Shown here: positions 28,507 through 39,792 of the stretch, in pieces
How the letters are laid out: every line of letters starts with the position of its first letter
Numbering within the stretch: position 1 is the first letter of the stretch
Source of the DNA: Dehalococcoidia bacterium
GTDB lineage: Bacteria; Chloroflexota; Dehalococcoidia; Bin125
DNA length: 64,000 bases
Assembly (NCBI GenBank): GCA_963663895.2
Contig: CAXXRD010000001.1
Coordinates: 192,001-256,000, forward strand
Reading direction: 5' to 3'
Program-made: the position numbers and the translations under genes
Notes under the pieces: model-generated
What the model saw: the letters and a program-made list of their open reading frames with translations, nothing else
What the model was told of the DNA's origin: nothing
Databases searched by the model: none

Positions 28507-30279
28507 TCACGTATCCGCTTCGACCTCGGCCCACTGCCAGCTGTTGTCCAGCACATCCAACCGCCGTCCTCGCACACCCGCCTGCAGCACGGTCGCGTGG
28601 GCCGGATAGAGCAAGGGGACCGACGGCACCAGCTCCAGCAGCCGCCTCTGAAACTGGCGCAACTGCTGCTGCCGCGTCTCCGGGTTCGTCGTCGCGATCA
28701 GCGATGCGATCATCTCGTCCACCTCGGCGTCCACAAAGCCAAACCGGTTCAACGACCCGCGGCTGTGAAAAAGCGGCACGATGAAATCCAGCGGCTCCGG
28801 ACTGGACGGCGCCGACTCCAGGAACCAGCGCAATCGCCCGTCGACGATGGCGGACACCATTTCGGCGTCCTCCAGCGGCATCACCTGCGCCTCTGCGCCG
28901 AGCACCTCCGCGATCCGCGCAACGATCCGCGCGCCCGGCGCGATCTCCCGCTCCTCCCTCGCAGGCACGGCCAGCGCCAACGGCTCCGGCGTCGGAAACC
29001 CGCCAGCCGCCTCCCACAGCGCGGCCGCTGCGCGCAGGTCAGCTTCCGCGGACGAATACCCGGGCAGCAACGCCAGATCGGAGGCGCGCAGCGCCCACGC
29101 AGCGAGCGGCGGCGGCACATACCCGCTGGGCCCAGCGCCCTCCCCGAACCAAGCCGCCGCCAGCGCCGACCGGTCAAGGGCAAGATGGACGGCGAGCCGT
29201 CGCCGGGGATCGTCCCAAGGTGGACGCTGTACCTGGAAGAACAGATGGAAGACGGTCGCCAGACCGGTCACGATCACGGTCGCGTCGGGTCCCGCCACAT
29301 CACGCGCCACCGCCACGGGGACACGCTCCAGCACGTTTTGCTCACCCCGTACGAAGGCTTCCGCCTGCTCGCCCGCGAGCCGGGCCGCGACGTGCAGATC
29401 CGCCAAGCGCGGCGCGCCCAAGTGGTGCGCCGAGTTCGCGCGGAAGCGCCAGCCGTCCGCGCCGACCCGTTCCAAGACGAAGGGCCCGCTGCCGCGCTGC
29501 GCTTCAGGGCCGCTGATCTCCTCATCAAGCAACTCGCTGGGCAGCACCCCCATCCAGGAACTGGCCAGCAGCCCAGGCAGGCGCGCGTCACCGCCCTCCA
29601 CCGCTATCCGCACCGTGCTTGGCCCGGCCGCCTCGACCCGCAAGTCCAACAAGCGATCATGCCGCGCGAAGGTCGGGTCCAGCCGGTCCCGCTGCGACTC
29701 AATGGTCGCCCGCACATCTTCCGCGCTGACAGCCCGGCCCCCGGTCGGCGCGCGCGCGTCCCAGCGCGCCGCTGGGTTGAGCTCAAACACCAACGTCGAC
29801 GCGTCGGTCATCTCTGGCAGCGCTGTCGCGAGATCCGGAGCCAACTCATCGGCGGCCACGTCTTGGAAGCGCAGCAGCTTGCTGTAGACCAACTGTCCGA
29901 GCCAGCGCTCGCTGATCGGCGAGATCGAACGGCGCAGGTCCGCCGTATCGAGGGCGATCAGCTCGTCACCGCTTCGAACATCCTCTAAGGCAGACGGGGT
30001 ATCCCGGGGTGCCGGCGTTCCATCTGGCGCCGGTGCGAGCGTCTCGCTCTGGACCTCGGGCTCCACGGAGGCGTCGGCATCATTGAGGTCCTCGGCGTCC
30101 TCGGCGTCCTCGATCGCCAGCGCCTCGTTCGGCTCCATCCGCGCGGGTGCCGCATCATCGTCATCATCGCCACAACCCACGAGCGCGAGCCCTGTTACTC
30201 CAATCGCCCCACTTCCAGCCGCGCGCAGCACGGCCCGCCGGCTCACCCGCGACGCTCGTCCGCGACAACGACGACTCAT
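28507..30279 (-). CDS. Family 5 ABC transporter substrate-binding lipoprotein with Tat signal
   Basis: SRRAVLR twin-arginine, LVGC lipobox, PDLA..LPE, GSGPF, PPWDDPRRRLA..LALDR. Confidence 0.85.
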   Translation of the reverse strand: MSRRCRGRASRVSRRAVLRAAGSGAIGVTGLALVGCGDDDDDAAPARMEPNEALAIEDAEDAEDLNDADASVEPEVQSETLAPAPDGTPAPRDTPSALEDVRSGDELIALDTADLRRSISPISERWLGQLVYSKLLRFQDVAADELAPDLATALPEMTDASTLVFELNPAARWDARAPTGGRAVSAEDVRATIESQRDRLDPTFARHDRLLDLRVEAAGPSTVRIAVEGGDARLPGLLASSWMGVLPSELLDEEISGPEAQRGSGPFVLERVGADGWRFRANSAHHLGAPRLADLHVAARLAGEQAEAFVRGEQNVLERVPVAVARDVAGPDATVIVTGLATVFHLFFQVQRPPWDDPRRRLAVHLALDRSALAAAWFGEGAGPSGYVPPPLAAWALRASDLALLPGYSSAEADLRAAAALWEAAGGFPTPEPLALAVPAREEREIAPGARIVARIAEVLGAEAQVMPLEDAEMVSAIVDGRLRWFLESAPSSPEPLDFIVPLFHSRGSLNRFGFVDAEVDEMIASLIATTNPETRQQQLRQFQRRLLELVPSVPLLYPAHATVLQAGVRGRRLDVLDNSWQWAEVEADT

Positions 30280-30407
30280 CCTTGCAGGGTCGCCAGCCCA
30301 GGTGCCGTGATCAACCGCTTCCCGCGTCATTTGCCGCGTACGCAGCCACACAAGATAGAATCGACTTGACCGCCTGGTCCCGACTGGCCGCGGTAACGGA
30401 GTTTTTC

Positions 30408-31226
30408 ATGACCGAGTCCGCCCTTGAAGGACAGTGGGCGCTCATTTTGGGCGCATCCAGCGGCTTCGGCGCCGCCACCGCGCTGGCGCTCGCGGAGGCC
30501 GGCATGCACATCGCGGGGGTCCACCTCGACCGGCAGGCAACCATGCCCAACGTCGAACGCTTAGTCCAAACCATTGAGGAGACGCACGGCCGACAGGCAC
30601 TCTTCCGCAACATGAACGCCGCCAACGAAGGGAAGCGGCGTCAATTCCTCGATGACCTATGCAATCACCTCGGAGGATCCGGCGGACCCACCACCGTCCG
30701 TGTGCTCCTGCACTCGCTCGCCTTCGGCACCCTCGGACCCTACATCGCCCGCAACACAGACGACTCCTCCCTCACGCAGCGCCAACTGGAGATGACGCTC
30801 GACGTCATGGCGAACTCCATCGTCTATTGGACCCAAGACATGCTCAACCGGGCGCTGCTGGGCGCGGGCAGCAAAATCTACGGCATGACTTCGGCCGGTG
30901 ACGCGAGGGTGATCCCTAACTACGGCGCCGTCAGCGCCGCCAAAGCCGCCCTCGGCTCCCACATCCGGCAACTCGCCGCCGAACTCGCGCCCATGGGCAT
31001 CGCCGCCAACGCTATCAAAGCCGGCATCACCGACACGCCGGCGCTGGAACGCATCCCCGGCTCCGACCGCCTCATTGAGTTCGCCCGCGCGCACAACCCC
31101 AGCGGGCGAATGACCGAACCTCAAGACGTGGGCCACGCCATCGTTCAGCTCAGCATCAACGATTCCCACTGGCTCACCGGCAATACCATCAACGTCGACG
31201 GCGGCGAAGACATCGCCGCCATTTGA
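30408..31226 (+). CDS. SDR oxidoreductase, enoyl-ACP reductase (FabL/FabI-like)
   Basis: LILGASSGFG, HSLAFG, YGAVSAAK, AGITDTPAL, LTGNTINVDGG. Confidence 0.88.
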   Translation: MTESALEGQWALILGASSGFGAATALALAEAGMHIAGVHLDRQATMPNVERLVQTIEETHGRQALFRNMNAANEGKRRQFLDDLCNHLGGSGGPTTVRVLLHSLAFGTLGPYIARNTDDSSLTQRQLEMTLDVMANSIVYWTQDMLNRALLGAGSKIYGMTSAGDARVIPNYGAVSAAKAALGSHIRQLAAELAPMGIAANAIKAGITDTPALERIPGSDRLIEFARAHNPSGRMTEPQDVGHAIVQLSINDSHWLTGNTINVDGGEDIAAI

Positions 31227-31291
31227 GCCCGCCTCGCCACTCCGTTCCGCACGCAGTCGCCTTGCAACGGCGGACCCCGTAGCATCTGGGC

Positions 31292-32035
31292 ATGGCAGAT
31301 GAGCAGCGCGGCCGCCGACGGCGCCGCCGGGGCGGCCGCGGACGCGGGAGGCCCGGCGCCGAGGCAGCTTCCGCCGATTCCACTCCCAGAGCCACCCCCA
31401 AAGAAGACGCTGCCCGGCGCGATCCCCCGGGGGAGCCTGCTCGCGGCGGCCGACGTGGCAAACAGTCCCCACCGGGCACCATCCTCGGCTTGCCACGCTT
31501 CCTTTTCGTGCTGGTGCTCAGCGTCTTCGTCTCGTTTCTGATCCTGCAGATCATCACCTTGGTCACAGGCGGCGGCGACAACGATGATGATGTTCTGGCC
31601 ACGGTCCAAACTTTCCCGGATCAGGGCCGTCGCCACCTCGACCCCGGAGAAACCTTCAACGGCTACAACAGCACGCCCCCCACCTCCGGACCGCAAGACG
31701 CCACCGGTATCGACCCCGGAATCTACGATACGTCCCAGCGATTCGAGGCAGTGCTGCCGCTCTTGGAACGCGGGGGGGTGGCCCTGTACTACCACCCCGA
31801 TCGCCTGGACCCATCAGAGATCGAGGACATCACGAAGGCCTCTGAAAGTGCCATCCGTGCGGGCCGACGGCTGGCGCTAATACCGCACCAAGGGATCGCT
31901 GACGACGCCCTCGTCGTCAGCGCCTGGCGGCATCAGCTGCGCATCCAAGAGTTTATGCAAGCAACAACCATGGAACAGATCGGCGACTTCGTTACCTTTT
32001 TCGACGGACTCTACGAATTGGAAACGCGCAGGTAG
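31292..32035 (+). CDS. DUF3105-like membrane protein
   Basis: Arg-rich N-terminus, TM, PDQGRRH, YNSTPPTSGP, LERGGV..YY, SAW. Confidence 0.75.
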   Translation: MADEQRGRRRRRRGGRGRGRPGAEAASADSTPRATPKEDAARRDPPGEPARGGRRGKQSPPGTILGLPRFLFVLVLSVFVSFLILQIITLVTGGGDNDDDVLATVQTFPDQGRRHLDPGETFNGYNSTPPTSGPQDATGIDPGIYDTSQRFEAVLPLLERGGVALYYHPDRLDPSEIEDITKASESAIRAGRRLALIPHQGIADDALVVSAWRHQLRIQEFMQATTMEQIGDFVTFFDGLYELETRR

Positions 32036-32086
32036 GTCGATCGCGCGCGAGACTGCGTCATCTGCGAGGGGAGCAAGCGAACCGCG

Positions 32087-32959
32087 ATGAGAAAGCGGCC
32101 GATCTGGCAGATCGCGCACGCCCGGAGCAACTCCGCGGCGATCGCCGCTTGCGCTGCGGCCAGCCTCGTCGCCGCTGCCTGCGGCGGCGGCAGCGGCGAC
32201 GGCACGGACCATCTCGCCGCCCCCTGCACGCCTCCAGCGCTCGCTTCCGATCCCGACGCGCTGCCGATCGTCGACAGCAAGCATCGCGAAACAAGCAACG
32301 GCGAAACCAGCTTCACGATCACCGTCCTCACCGCCGACAGCGAAACGGTCACCTTCTTCACCAGCGCCGAGTGCTGGGAGCGTGCCACCCTCGGAGAAGC
32401 CTCGCCCGACGCGGCCGCTGCCGTCGCACCCGCCCCACCGCCCGGCGATCCGACAGCGGCACCGATCCCCGCAAGCAGCGAGCCGAGCGGGCCCATCGAC
32501 GATCACCCGGGGTTCGAAGACCTCAACGACCAGATCGAGGAACTCGGCAGCGAACACCTCGTCGCCGGTACGAGCTTTTTCTACCCCACCACGCCGCCCG
32601 CCGGCGGGCCGCACTGGGAAATCCCCGCGCGCTGCGGCATCTACGCCGATCCGATCCCGTACGAAGCCCTGGTCCACACCATCGAGCACGGGGCGATCAT
32701 CATGTACTACGACCCCGCAGCCTGGACGCCGACTGCCATTGCACAGTTCGAGGCGCTGGCCCGTGAAATCCTGAGTGACGGCGACCGCTTCGTGCTCGTT
32801 CCCGCTCCGCCCAGCCCCCCGTTCCCTCGACCGATCGTCCTGGCGACATGGGGCTATCTGCTCTTCTTGGACGAGTTCGAACCCGACACCATTCGTGACT
32901 TCGTGGACGAATTCGAGAACGAGGGGCCGGAAGTCCTCCCCCGCCTCAACGCCTGCTAG
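32087..32959 (+). CDS. DUF3105-like lipoprotein
   Basis: AAAC lipobox; H...YPTTPPAGGPHW, CGIY, VHTIEHGAI, ATWG, GPE. Confidence 0.82.
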   Translation: MRKRPIWQIAHARSNSAAIAACAAASLVAAACGGGSGDGTDHLAAPCTPPALASDPDALPIVDSKHRETSNGETSFTITVLTADSETVTFFTSAECWERATLGEASPDAAAAVAPAPPPGDPTAAPIPASSEPSGPIDDHPGFEDLNDQIEELGSEHLVAGTSFFYPTTPPAGGPHWEIPARCGIYADPIPYEALVHTIEHGAIIMYYDPAAWTPTAIAQFEALAREILSDGDRFVLVPAPPSPPFPRPIVLATWGYLLFLDEFEPDTIRDFVDEFENEGPEVLPRLNAC

Positions 32960-32964
32960 CAGCG

Positions 32965-33267
32965 CTACGACGTACCCGCGCCGGGATCATCGGTGCGCAT
33001 ATCATCGACCTTCCAGGATTCCCTCTGTTGCACCCAGCGGGTGACGATCGTCCCGTCGCCGTCGGGTGCGTGGAAGGTGATGCGAACCACGTTCTCCCCC
33101 TGCTCCTCAACCACATAGCCGGTCGCGTCCTGCACGCCGCCGGTTTGTGCCTGCACCGCGAGCGCTTTCACCATCCCCTGGGGAGTGAACGCCTGCATCA
33201 GCGCCATCAGATCGTTCGCGATAATATCTCGCGCCAGTTGCTCCGCCGCTGCGTGCAATGTAGGCAT
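32965..33267 (-). CDS. Hypothetical protein
   Basis: GAAGGAGG RBS; compact ORF ending in a W....WKV.D pattern. Confidence 0.65.
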   Translation of the reverse strand: MPTLHAAAEQLARDIIANDLMALMQAFTPQGMVKALAVQAQTGGVQDATGYVVEEQGENVVRITFHAPDGDGTIVTRWVQQRESWKVDDMRTDDPGAGTS

Positions 33268-33374
33268 CTAGCCCCTCCTTCACCGAGCAGCCATGCTTGC
33301 CAGTGGGCGAGCGGCCGGGAGACTAGAGCGATCCTGGCGTCACCGTCAAAGCCGCTCCGCACGAGGAGGGTTTC

Positions 33375-34118
33375 GTGACCATCATGCCCGCTACCAGCAC
33401 TGCGATCGTCGAAGCACACGACGTACACAAGACCTATCGCTCCGCTGGCGCCGCCGTGCACGCGCTACGGGGGGTTTCCCTCACGGTGCCGCGCGGCGAG
33501 ATGGTCAGCGTTATGGGCCCCTCCGGCTGCGGGAAAACGACGCTGCTTAACACGCTCGCGGGCCTCGACGAGATCGACTCCGGGTCGATCCGTATTGAAG
33601 GTCAAGAGATCCAAGCACTCTCCGATCACGCCAAGACGGACTATCGCGCGCGGCGCATGGGCTTTGTCTTCCAGTTCTACAATCTCTTGCCCGTCCTAAC
33701 CGCTGTCGAAAACGTCGAGATGCCCCTCCTGCTCAGCGGCATCTCGATCCGCGAGGCCCGCCGCCGTGCCCTGGCCGCCCTCGACCAGGTGCATCTCGGC
33801 GAATGGGCGAAGCACCGGCCCGCCCAGCTTTCGGGCGGCCAACGACAGCGCGTCACCATCGCCCGTGCCCTCGTCAACAACCCAGCCATCGTGTGGGCCG
33901 ACGAACCCACGGGCGACCTCGACAGCGCCAACGCCAACGAGATTATGACCCTCATCCAGGAGCTCAACGCGCAAAACGCGCAGACCTTCATCATCGTCAC
34001 GCACGATGAACAGATCGGGGCCCGCTGTCATCGCACGATCCACATGCGCGACGGACAGATCGAGAACGAGACCAGCCACCGGCCCTTTATCCCGCCTGCC
34101 GACGAGCCCCTCGCATGA
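33375..34118 (+). CDS. ABC transporter ATP-binding protein (LolD/MacB-type)
   Basis: [39 protein letters not shown]. Confidence 0.96.
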   Translation: MTIMPATSTAIVEAHDVHKTYRSAGAAVHALRGVSLTVPRGEMVSVMGPSGCGKTTLLNTLAGLDEIDSGSIRIEGQEIQALSDHAKTDYRARRMGFVFQFYNLLPVLTAVENVEMPLLLSGISIREARRRALAALDQVHLGEWAKHRPAQLSGGQRQRVTIARALVNNPAIVWADEPTGDLDSANANEIMTLIQELNAQNAQTFIIVTHDEQIGARCHRTIHMRDGQIENETSHRPFIPPADEPLA

Positions 34119-37100
34119 ACGAACTCTTCGGCGTTCCTATGAGCACCATCCTCGCGATCGTGGTGATCGCGCTCATCGTCTGCACAGCAGTCATCGTCGC
34201 GCTCGCCTCCCGGAACTTCCTCCTCTTCAAAATGGGCCTCCGCAACCTCCCCCGGCGTCCAGGCCAAACCCTGCTCATCGTCATCGGCTTGATGCTGAGC
34301 ACGCTGATCATCTCCGCCGCCTTCGCAACCGGCGACACCCTCAGCCGCAGCCTCCGCAACTCCGCCTTCGAGGTCACCGGTCCAATCGACCACCTCATCC
34401 TCTACGACACCGCCGGCGGTCGCGGCGTCGAGCAACGTGACGCCGTCGTTCCCCAGCGGGTCGCCGACGACCTCAGCGCTGCCTTCGCCGATGATCCGGA
34501 CATCGAGCACTTCACGCGCGTCGTCTCGGACACCGTCTCGGCAGAGAACATCACGACGAGCCAGTTCGAGCCACGCGTCTCGCTGCTCGGGATCGATGTG
34601 GCGGAAGTCCAAGCCCTCGGCGGCATCCCCGATCTCGAGAGCGGCGACATCCCACTCCGCGAGCTCGGCGAAGGGAAGATCATCCTCAATGAATCCGCCG
34701 CCGAGCGCCTCGCCGCGAGCGCCGGCGACCGTGTCAGGCTCCGGGTCCTCGGCGGCCTGCACGAGTTCACCGTCCAGGCGATCGCGGCGGATACGCTCCT
34801 CAGCGGCAAGGTCGACATCACCGAGCCACAAGGCGCCGTTATCCCTCTCGCGGACGCGCAAACCATCCTCGACCAGCCCGACCGGCTTAGCAGCATCGGC
34901 GTCTCGGTCCGCGGCGACGGCCTGGCCGGCCCTCTCGAACTCTCCGAAGAGGTCGACCTTCGCCTCAATCGCTTCCTCATGGAACAGGCGGATGCCGAAG
35001 TCGACGCCGGCCTGGCCCCCGCCCAGCGCACCTACGCGGATGCCCAGGGCCGCCCGATCTTCGAATCCGATCCCTTCAAAGCCGACACCGTCGACAACGC
35101 CGAAACCTTCAGCTCCGTCTTCACCACCTTCTTCCTGGTGATGGGATCGTTCTCCATCGTCGCCGGCATCCTGCTCATCTTCTTGATCTTCGTGATGCTC
35201 GCGGAGGAGCGAAAAATGGAGATGGGCATCGCGCGCGCGGTCGGCATGCAGCGCAGTCACCTTGTGCAGTCTTTCTTGGCCGAAGGTCTCGCCTACAACC
35301 TCGGCGCGGCCATCATCGGAACTGCCGCGGGGATCGGTATCTCCTTCGGCATGGTCGCGGTTCTGGGTTCCGTCTTCGGCGCCTTTGGCTTCGCGTTCAC
35401 CCAGCACATCGAGCCGCGCAGCGTCGTCATCGCCGTCGGCATCAGCATCCTCCTCACGTTCATCACCGTCGTCATATCCTCGTTCCGCATCAGCCAGCTC
35501 AACATCGTCGCCGCGATCCGCGACATCTCCGACGACGGGCAGCACGGCCAGCGACCGATCTCCGTGCTGGGAATCCTCCTCACGCTGATCCTCATCCCTC
35601 TCGCGCCCCTCTTGGTGCTTGCTGCACTCTTCGGTCGCAAACCAGGGCACCCAGCACCTCTTCGTTGGCTCCATCACCGCGTCGTCTGGGGTATCTACAC
35701 CACCACTATCGGCCTGATCCTCTTCGCCATCCTCGGACTCACCGTCCTCCTCGCTCTCGTCGGTTGGCTCGCTCTCAGCACACCCAGACTCGGCGCGGCC
35801 ATCCGTCAGCGTGGCTGGGGCGAGTGGGCTGTTCTCCCTACCTGGCGGCTGATGCGCTGGCGCCAGGAATGGTGGTTCGTTCTGCTCCTAACGGGCGTGA
35901 TCGGTGTCGCCAGCGCGCAGGACAGCGAGAGCGCATTCTTTTATCTGGGCGGTCTTTCGCTCTTCGTCATCGGATTGCTGCTACTTGCACGCCGCTTTAA
36001 CCGCGCCGGTCGCGTCGCCTACAGCGCCACGGGGATCCTCATCCTCTTCCTTTGGCTGGCACCCCAGACTTGGCACACTGCCGTTTGGGGGAAGGACTTC
36101 GAGGGCGGCGTCCAGATGTTCTTCCTCTCCGGCGTGGCGATGGTGACCGGCGCCACCATCGCCGTCATCTTCAACCTCGACCTCCTCGTCAGCCCGCTCC
36201 GAATCATCGGACGCGTCTTCGGTCGTTTCGCCCCGGCGGTCCGAACAGCCGTGGCCTATCCAACCACGGCCCGCTACCGAACGGGCATGACCGTCGCCAT
36301 GATCGCCATCATCATGTTCGCACTCGTCGTCTTCACCACCATCAATGCGACCTTCTCGGAAGCCTTCATCAGCGACGAAGCGGCCGGTGGCTACGATCTT
36401 CTCGCCGACTCCACCCTGAACGACGATATCTCTGATCTGCATACCGCCCTTGAAGAAGCCGCCGCGGACGACCTCGCCGCCAATCTCGACACTATCGGCC
36501 GCCTCAGGATCGCGAGCTTCCCCGGAACAGACGTTGTCGTCCTCAACCACGAACGTTGGGATGAACTGAATACGACGCAAGTGCTCGACGCGACCGGCAA
36601 TCCCATCATCGACACGCCAGACCCCGATAGCGACCTCGCCGAAACCCGCCTGCTGTGGCTCACCGGCACCAATGACGCCTTCCTCCAAAATAACGTCATT
36701 CCCCTGCAGGCTCGGGCCGTCGGCTTCGAAACGGACGCCGCCGTCTGGCAGGCCCTCCACGATCCCACTGCCCGCTACGGTGTGATCACCGCCAACGCTA
36801 TCGAGGCCGATGCCTTTGCTCCGCTCGACGATGACGCCTTCGAAATGCCCGCCATCGGTGGCACGGCGGCCGATCGGATCCCGCGCGTCCGTCTCGAACT
36901 GCGCAACAAGGCAGAGACAGCCGACATCACGATCATCGGCGTGATCGATCAGGTCGTGGGGATCACGAACCCTGCGTTCGCCTTCTTCCCCAGTCTGCTC
37001 GTCCGCGACGAGTTCGTCGACGCTATCTACGACGGCGCAGACTTCACCCGCCACCTCGCTACCGTTGGTCCCGGCACCGATCCTCTCGATACCGCGCGCG

Positions 37101-37579
37101 CGATCGAAGCCACGCTCGGCATCGAAACCGTCTCGATCGTCGACGAACTCGAAGAGCAGCAAGAAACCTCCAACGCCATCCTCAACCTCTTCCAAGGCTT
37201 CACGGGACTAGGCCTGGTAGTCGGCATCGCAGCGCTCGGAGTCATCGCCGTACGTGCGGTCGTCGAACGCCGACAACAGATCGGGATGCTCCGCGCAGTC
37301 GGCTACAGCCGTGGGATGGTCCGCCTCGAACTCCTCATGGAGATGAGTTTCATCGCACTCATTGGAATCGGCCTGGGCATCGCGTTGGCCCTCTCCCTCA
37401 CCTGGCGACTCTTCGAGGAAGGCGTCTTCGGCAGCACTGCCGGCACCGGTATGCAGGTCCCCGTCGGGCAGATCGCCATCTTCGCGGCAGCAGCCTTCCT
37501 CGGCGCCCTCATCATGACCTGGCTGCCGGCGCGCCAGGCATCCCGTGCACCCATCGCGGAGGCGCTCCGCTACGAGTAG
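34115..37579 (+). CDS. FtsX/MacB-like ABC transporter permease
   Basis: [39 protein letters not shown]....EALRYE; overlaps the ATPase stop (ATGA). Confidence 0.93.
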   Translation: MNELFGVPMSTILAIVVIALIVCTAVIVALASRNFLLFKMGLRNLPRRPGQTLLIVIGLMLSTLIISAAFATGDTLSRSLRNSAFEVTGPIDHLILYDTAGGRGVEQRDAVVPQRVADDLSAAFADDPDIEHFTRVVSDTVSAENITTSQFEPRVSLLGIDVAEVQALGGIPDLESGDIPLRELGEGKIILNESAAERLAASAGDRVRLRVLGGLHEFTVQAIAADTLLSGKVDITEPQGAVIPLADAQTILDQPDRLSSIGVSVRGDGLAGPLELSEEVDLRLNRFLMEQADAEVDAGLAPAQRTYADAQGRPIFESDPFKADTVDNAETFSSVFTTFFLVMGSFSIVAGILLIFLIFVMLAEERKMEMGIARAVGMQRSHLVQSFLAEGLAYNLGAAIIGTAAGIGISFGMVAVLGSVFGAFGFAFTQHIEPRSVVIAVGISILLTFITVVISSFRISQLNIVAAIRDISDDGQHGQRPISVLGILLTLILIPLAPLLVLAALFGRKPGHPAPLRWLHHRVVWGIYTTTIGLILFAILGLTVLLALVGWLALSTPRLGAAIRQRGWGEWAVLPTWRLMRWRQEWWFVLLLTGVIGVASAQDSESAFFYLGGLSLFVIGLLLLARRFNRAGRVAYSATGILILFLWLAPQTWHTAVWGKDFEGGVQMFFLSGVAMVTGATIAVIFNLDLLVSPLRIIGRVFGRFAPAVRTAVAYPTTARYRTGMTVAMIAIIMFALVVFTTINATFSEAFISDEAAGGYDLLADSTLNDDISDLHTALEEAAADDLAANLDTIGRLRIASFPGTDVVVLNHERWDELNTTQVLDATGNPIIDTPDPDSDLAETRLLWLTGTNDAFLQNNVIPLQARAVGFETDAAVWQALHDPTARYGVITANAIEADAFAPLDDDAFEMPAIGGTAADRIPRVRLELRNKAETADITIIGVIDQVVGITNPAFAFFPSLLVRDEFVDAIYDGADFTRHLATVGPGTDPLDTARAIEATLGIETVSIVDELEEQQETSNAILNLFQGFTGLGLVVGIAALGVIAVRAVVERRQQIGMLRAVGYSRGMVRLELLMEMSFIALIGIGLGIALALSLTWRLFEEGVFGSTAGTGMQVPVGQIAIFAAAAFLGALIMTWLPARQASRAPIAEALRYE

Positions 37580-37810
37580 CGTCCCGTCCGTACTTGGATC
37601 CACCAGCGCTGCTTGCGTCACCATCGATCACGCCGGCCCCGGCGAACTCTGTCGGCAATCCCGTCCGTCTGGCGCGAACACGGTCCTCGACAACACCGTG
37701 GGGCGCCCCACTCCATTCAATGGCCCACGCGCGATCCTCGTGACTCCCATCCGTAGAGACGCACGCCGATCTGGCCGAGCCGCGAGTGGACGCTCTAAGC
37801 TCGGCCTGCG

Positions 37811-38845
37811 ATGAAGGCGACCTATCTCACGGAGCAAGGGCCGCCGGAGGTCCTCGTCTACGGCGACCTCCCCGATCCCGAGCCGGGGCGGGGCCAGGTT
37901 CTCGTGCGCGTGCAGGCCGCGGCCCTCAACCACATGGACATCTGGCTCCGCTCCGGCCTGGGCCGTGCGCGTACATTCACGGAGCCGTTCATCCTCGGCG
38001 GGGACATCGCCGGGACCGTCGCCGCGCTCGGCCCAGGAGTGACCCGAATCGCCTCCGGTGATCGCGTCCTCATCGACCCCGGCCTCTCGGACGGCACCTG
38101 CGACGCTTGCCGTGCCGGCCGCACCAATCTCTGCAACCACTACCAGCTCATGGGCCTCCACGTGAACGGCGGCTACGCCGAGTTCGTCGTCGCGCCCGCA
38201 GTGAACGTGCACCAGATCCCCGACGACCTTCCGATCGAACAAGCCGCCGCCATCCCCCTCACCACCGCTACGGCCTATCACATGCTCGTCACCCGCGCCG
38301 GCCTGCGGCCCGGTCAGCGTGTGCTCGTCCAAGCCGCGGGAAGCGGGGTCGGCAGCGCGGCGATCCAGATCGCCAAGGCGCTCGGCGCCTGGGTCGCCAC
38401 AACCGCCGGCAGCGACGAAAAAGTTGCCAAAGGGATCGAGCTCGGCGCCGACCTCGCCATCAACTACCGGGCCCAGCCAGCTTTCAGCGAGCCCGTCCGC
38501 GAAGCGACCGACGGCGCCGGCGTCGACATCGTCGTCGACCACATCGGCCCCGCGACGTTCGAGGAGAACCTCAAGTCACTGAAGCGGGGCGGCCATCTCG
38601 TCAACTGTGGCCGGACCACCGGCGAAACCGTGCCGCTGAACCTCTTCCAACTCCTGCTCAACCAGCAAACGATTCACGGTACCTTCATGGGCACCGGGGC
38701 CGAGACGATCGAGTGGCTGCAACTCGTCCGGGACGGGCGCATCCGGGGCCTCGTTGGCGAGACCTTCGCGCTCTCGGACGCCGCGGACGCCCACCGGCGC
38801 ATGGAGTCGCGCGACTTCTTCGGCAAACTCGTGCTCGTTCTCTAG
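37811..38845 (+). CDS. Zinc-binding alcohol dehydrogenase / quinone oxidoreductase (MDR family)
   Basis: ALNHMD, CDAC..G..N.C, GGYAE, AAGSGVGSAAIQ, GKLVL. Confidence 0.93.
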   Translation: MKATYLTEQGPPEVLVYGDLPDPEPGRGQVLVRVQAAALNHMDIWLRSGLGRARTFTEPFILGGDIAGTVAALGPGVTRIASGDRVLIDPGLSDGTCDACRAGRTNLCNHYQLMGLHVNGGYAEFVVAPAVNVHQIPDDLPIEQAAAIPLTTATAYHMLVTRAGLRPGQRVLVQAAGSGVGSAAIQIAKALGAWVATTAGSDEKVAKGIELGADLAINYRAQPAFSEPVREATDGAGVDIVVDHIGPATFEENLKSLKRGGHLVNCGRTTGETVPLNLFQLLLNQQTIHGTFMGTGAETIEWLQLVRDGRIRGLVGETFALSDAADAHRRMESRDFFGKLVLVL

Positions 38846-38879
38846 AAACCCCGAGCGGCCGCTGGCCTACACTACTCCC

Positions 38880-39035
38880 GTGCGACGACAGACCAAGCTC
38901 ATTATCGCCGCGGCGCTCTTCGGCCTCATTCTCATCTTCTTCCTCCTGCTCAACAGCAGCCTCGGCGTCGACAGCGACGAAACCATCACGGACCGCAACC
39001 GCCCGCAGATCGTCGGCGAGCACGACGACCGTTAG
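38880..39035 (+). CDS. Small membrane protein
   Basis: MRRQTKLIIAAALFGLILIFFLLL...; TACACT box 6 nt before the GTG. Confidence 0.55.
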   Translation: MRRQTKLIIAAALFGLILIFFLLLNSSLGVDSDETITDRNRPQIVGEHDDR

Positions 39036-39049
39036 TCTGGACGGCGATC

Positions 39050-39367
39050 ATGCCGCGCGTTCGTATCGAGCCGTCCGGCATCGAGATCGACGTGCCCTTG
39101 GGCGAAACAATGATGCGCGCCGCGCGTGATCAAGGCTACTACTGGCCCACGACCTGCGAGATGGCGGGGCGTTGCGCAACCTGCTTCGTCATTTTGCAGG
39201 AGGGCATGGACAATCTTTCTCCAATGCGTCCCAACGAGCAGGAAGCGTTAGTGGAGCAGCGCGGGCGGCGCGCCCTCGATCAGCCGGTCCGGCTCGCCTG
39301 CCAGGCCTCCGTCACCGGGGACCTCGTGGTGCGCAAGCACGGGGTCCGCCGGCACGCATCCGGATAA
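39050..39367 (+). CDS. 2Fe-2S ferredoxin
   Basis: PTTCEMAGRCATC...RLACQ. Confidence 0.92.
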   Translation: MPRVRIEPSGIEIDVPLGETMMRAARDQGYYWPTTCEMAGRCATCFVILQEGMDNLSPMRPNEQEALVEQRGRRALDQPVRLACQASVTGDLVVRKHGVRRHASG

Positions 39368-39434
39368 GGGGCCGCACGGCTCCCCCAGTAAGATAGCCAT
39401 GCGTACACCGAGCGCTGGCGCAGCGAGGAGCAGC

Positions 39435-39782
39435 ATGGCGACCATCACCTTCTTCTGCAAACGCGGCTGAAGCACCTGCACGCGAGCCCGGGCCTGGCTC
39501 GCCGAGCGCGGCATCCCCTACCAAGAGCGAGAATTCTTCCGTGAACCCCTCAGTCGGGCCGAGTTGGATCGGCTCATCGGCACGCAGGACGCCCGCACCT
39601 TCTTCGCGGCGCGCAGTCCCAGCGTACGCAAGCTCGGCCTCGACATCGCGGCCCTCAGCGACTCCGAGATGCGGCGGTGGATGCGGCGGGAGCCTCGGCT
39701 CCTGCGGCGTCCCATCCTCAAAGCGGGCCGGCAGACTCTGCTTGGCTTCAATGAGGCGGAATGGGAAAAAGCGTTGAGCTAG
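39435..39782 (+). CDS. ArsC/Spx-like thioredoxin-fold selenoprotein (TGA 39468-39470 = Sec, UxxC)
   Basis: GAGGAG RBS; reads MATITFFCKRG-U-STCTRARAWLAERGIPYQEREFFREPLSRAEL...PRLLRRPI...LLGF. Hairpin GCGAGCC/GGCTCGC begins after an 11-nt spacer. Confidence 0.85.
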
Positions 39783-39792
39783 TCGGCTCGTG

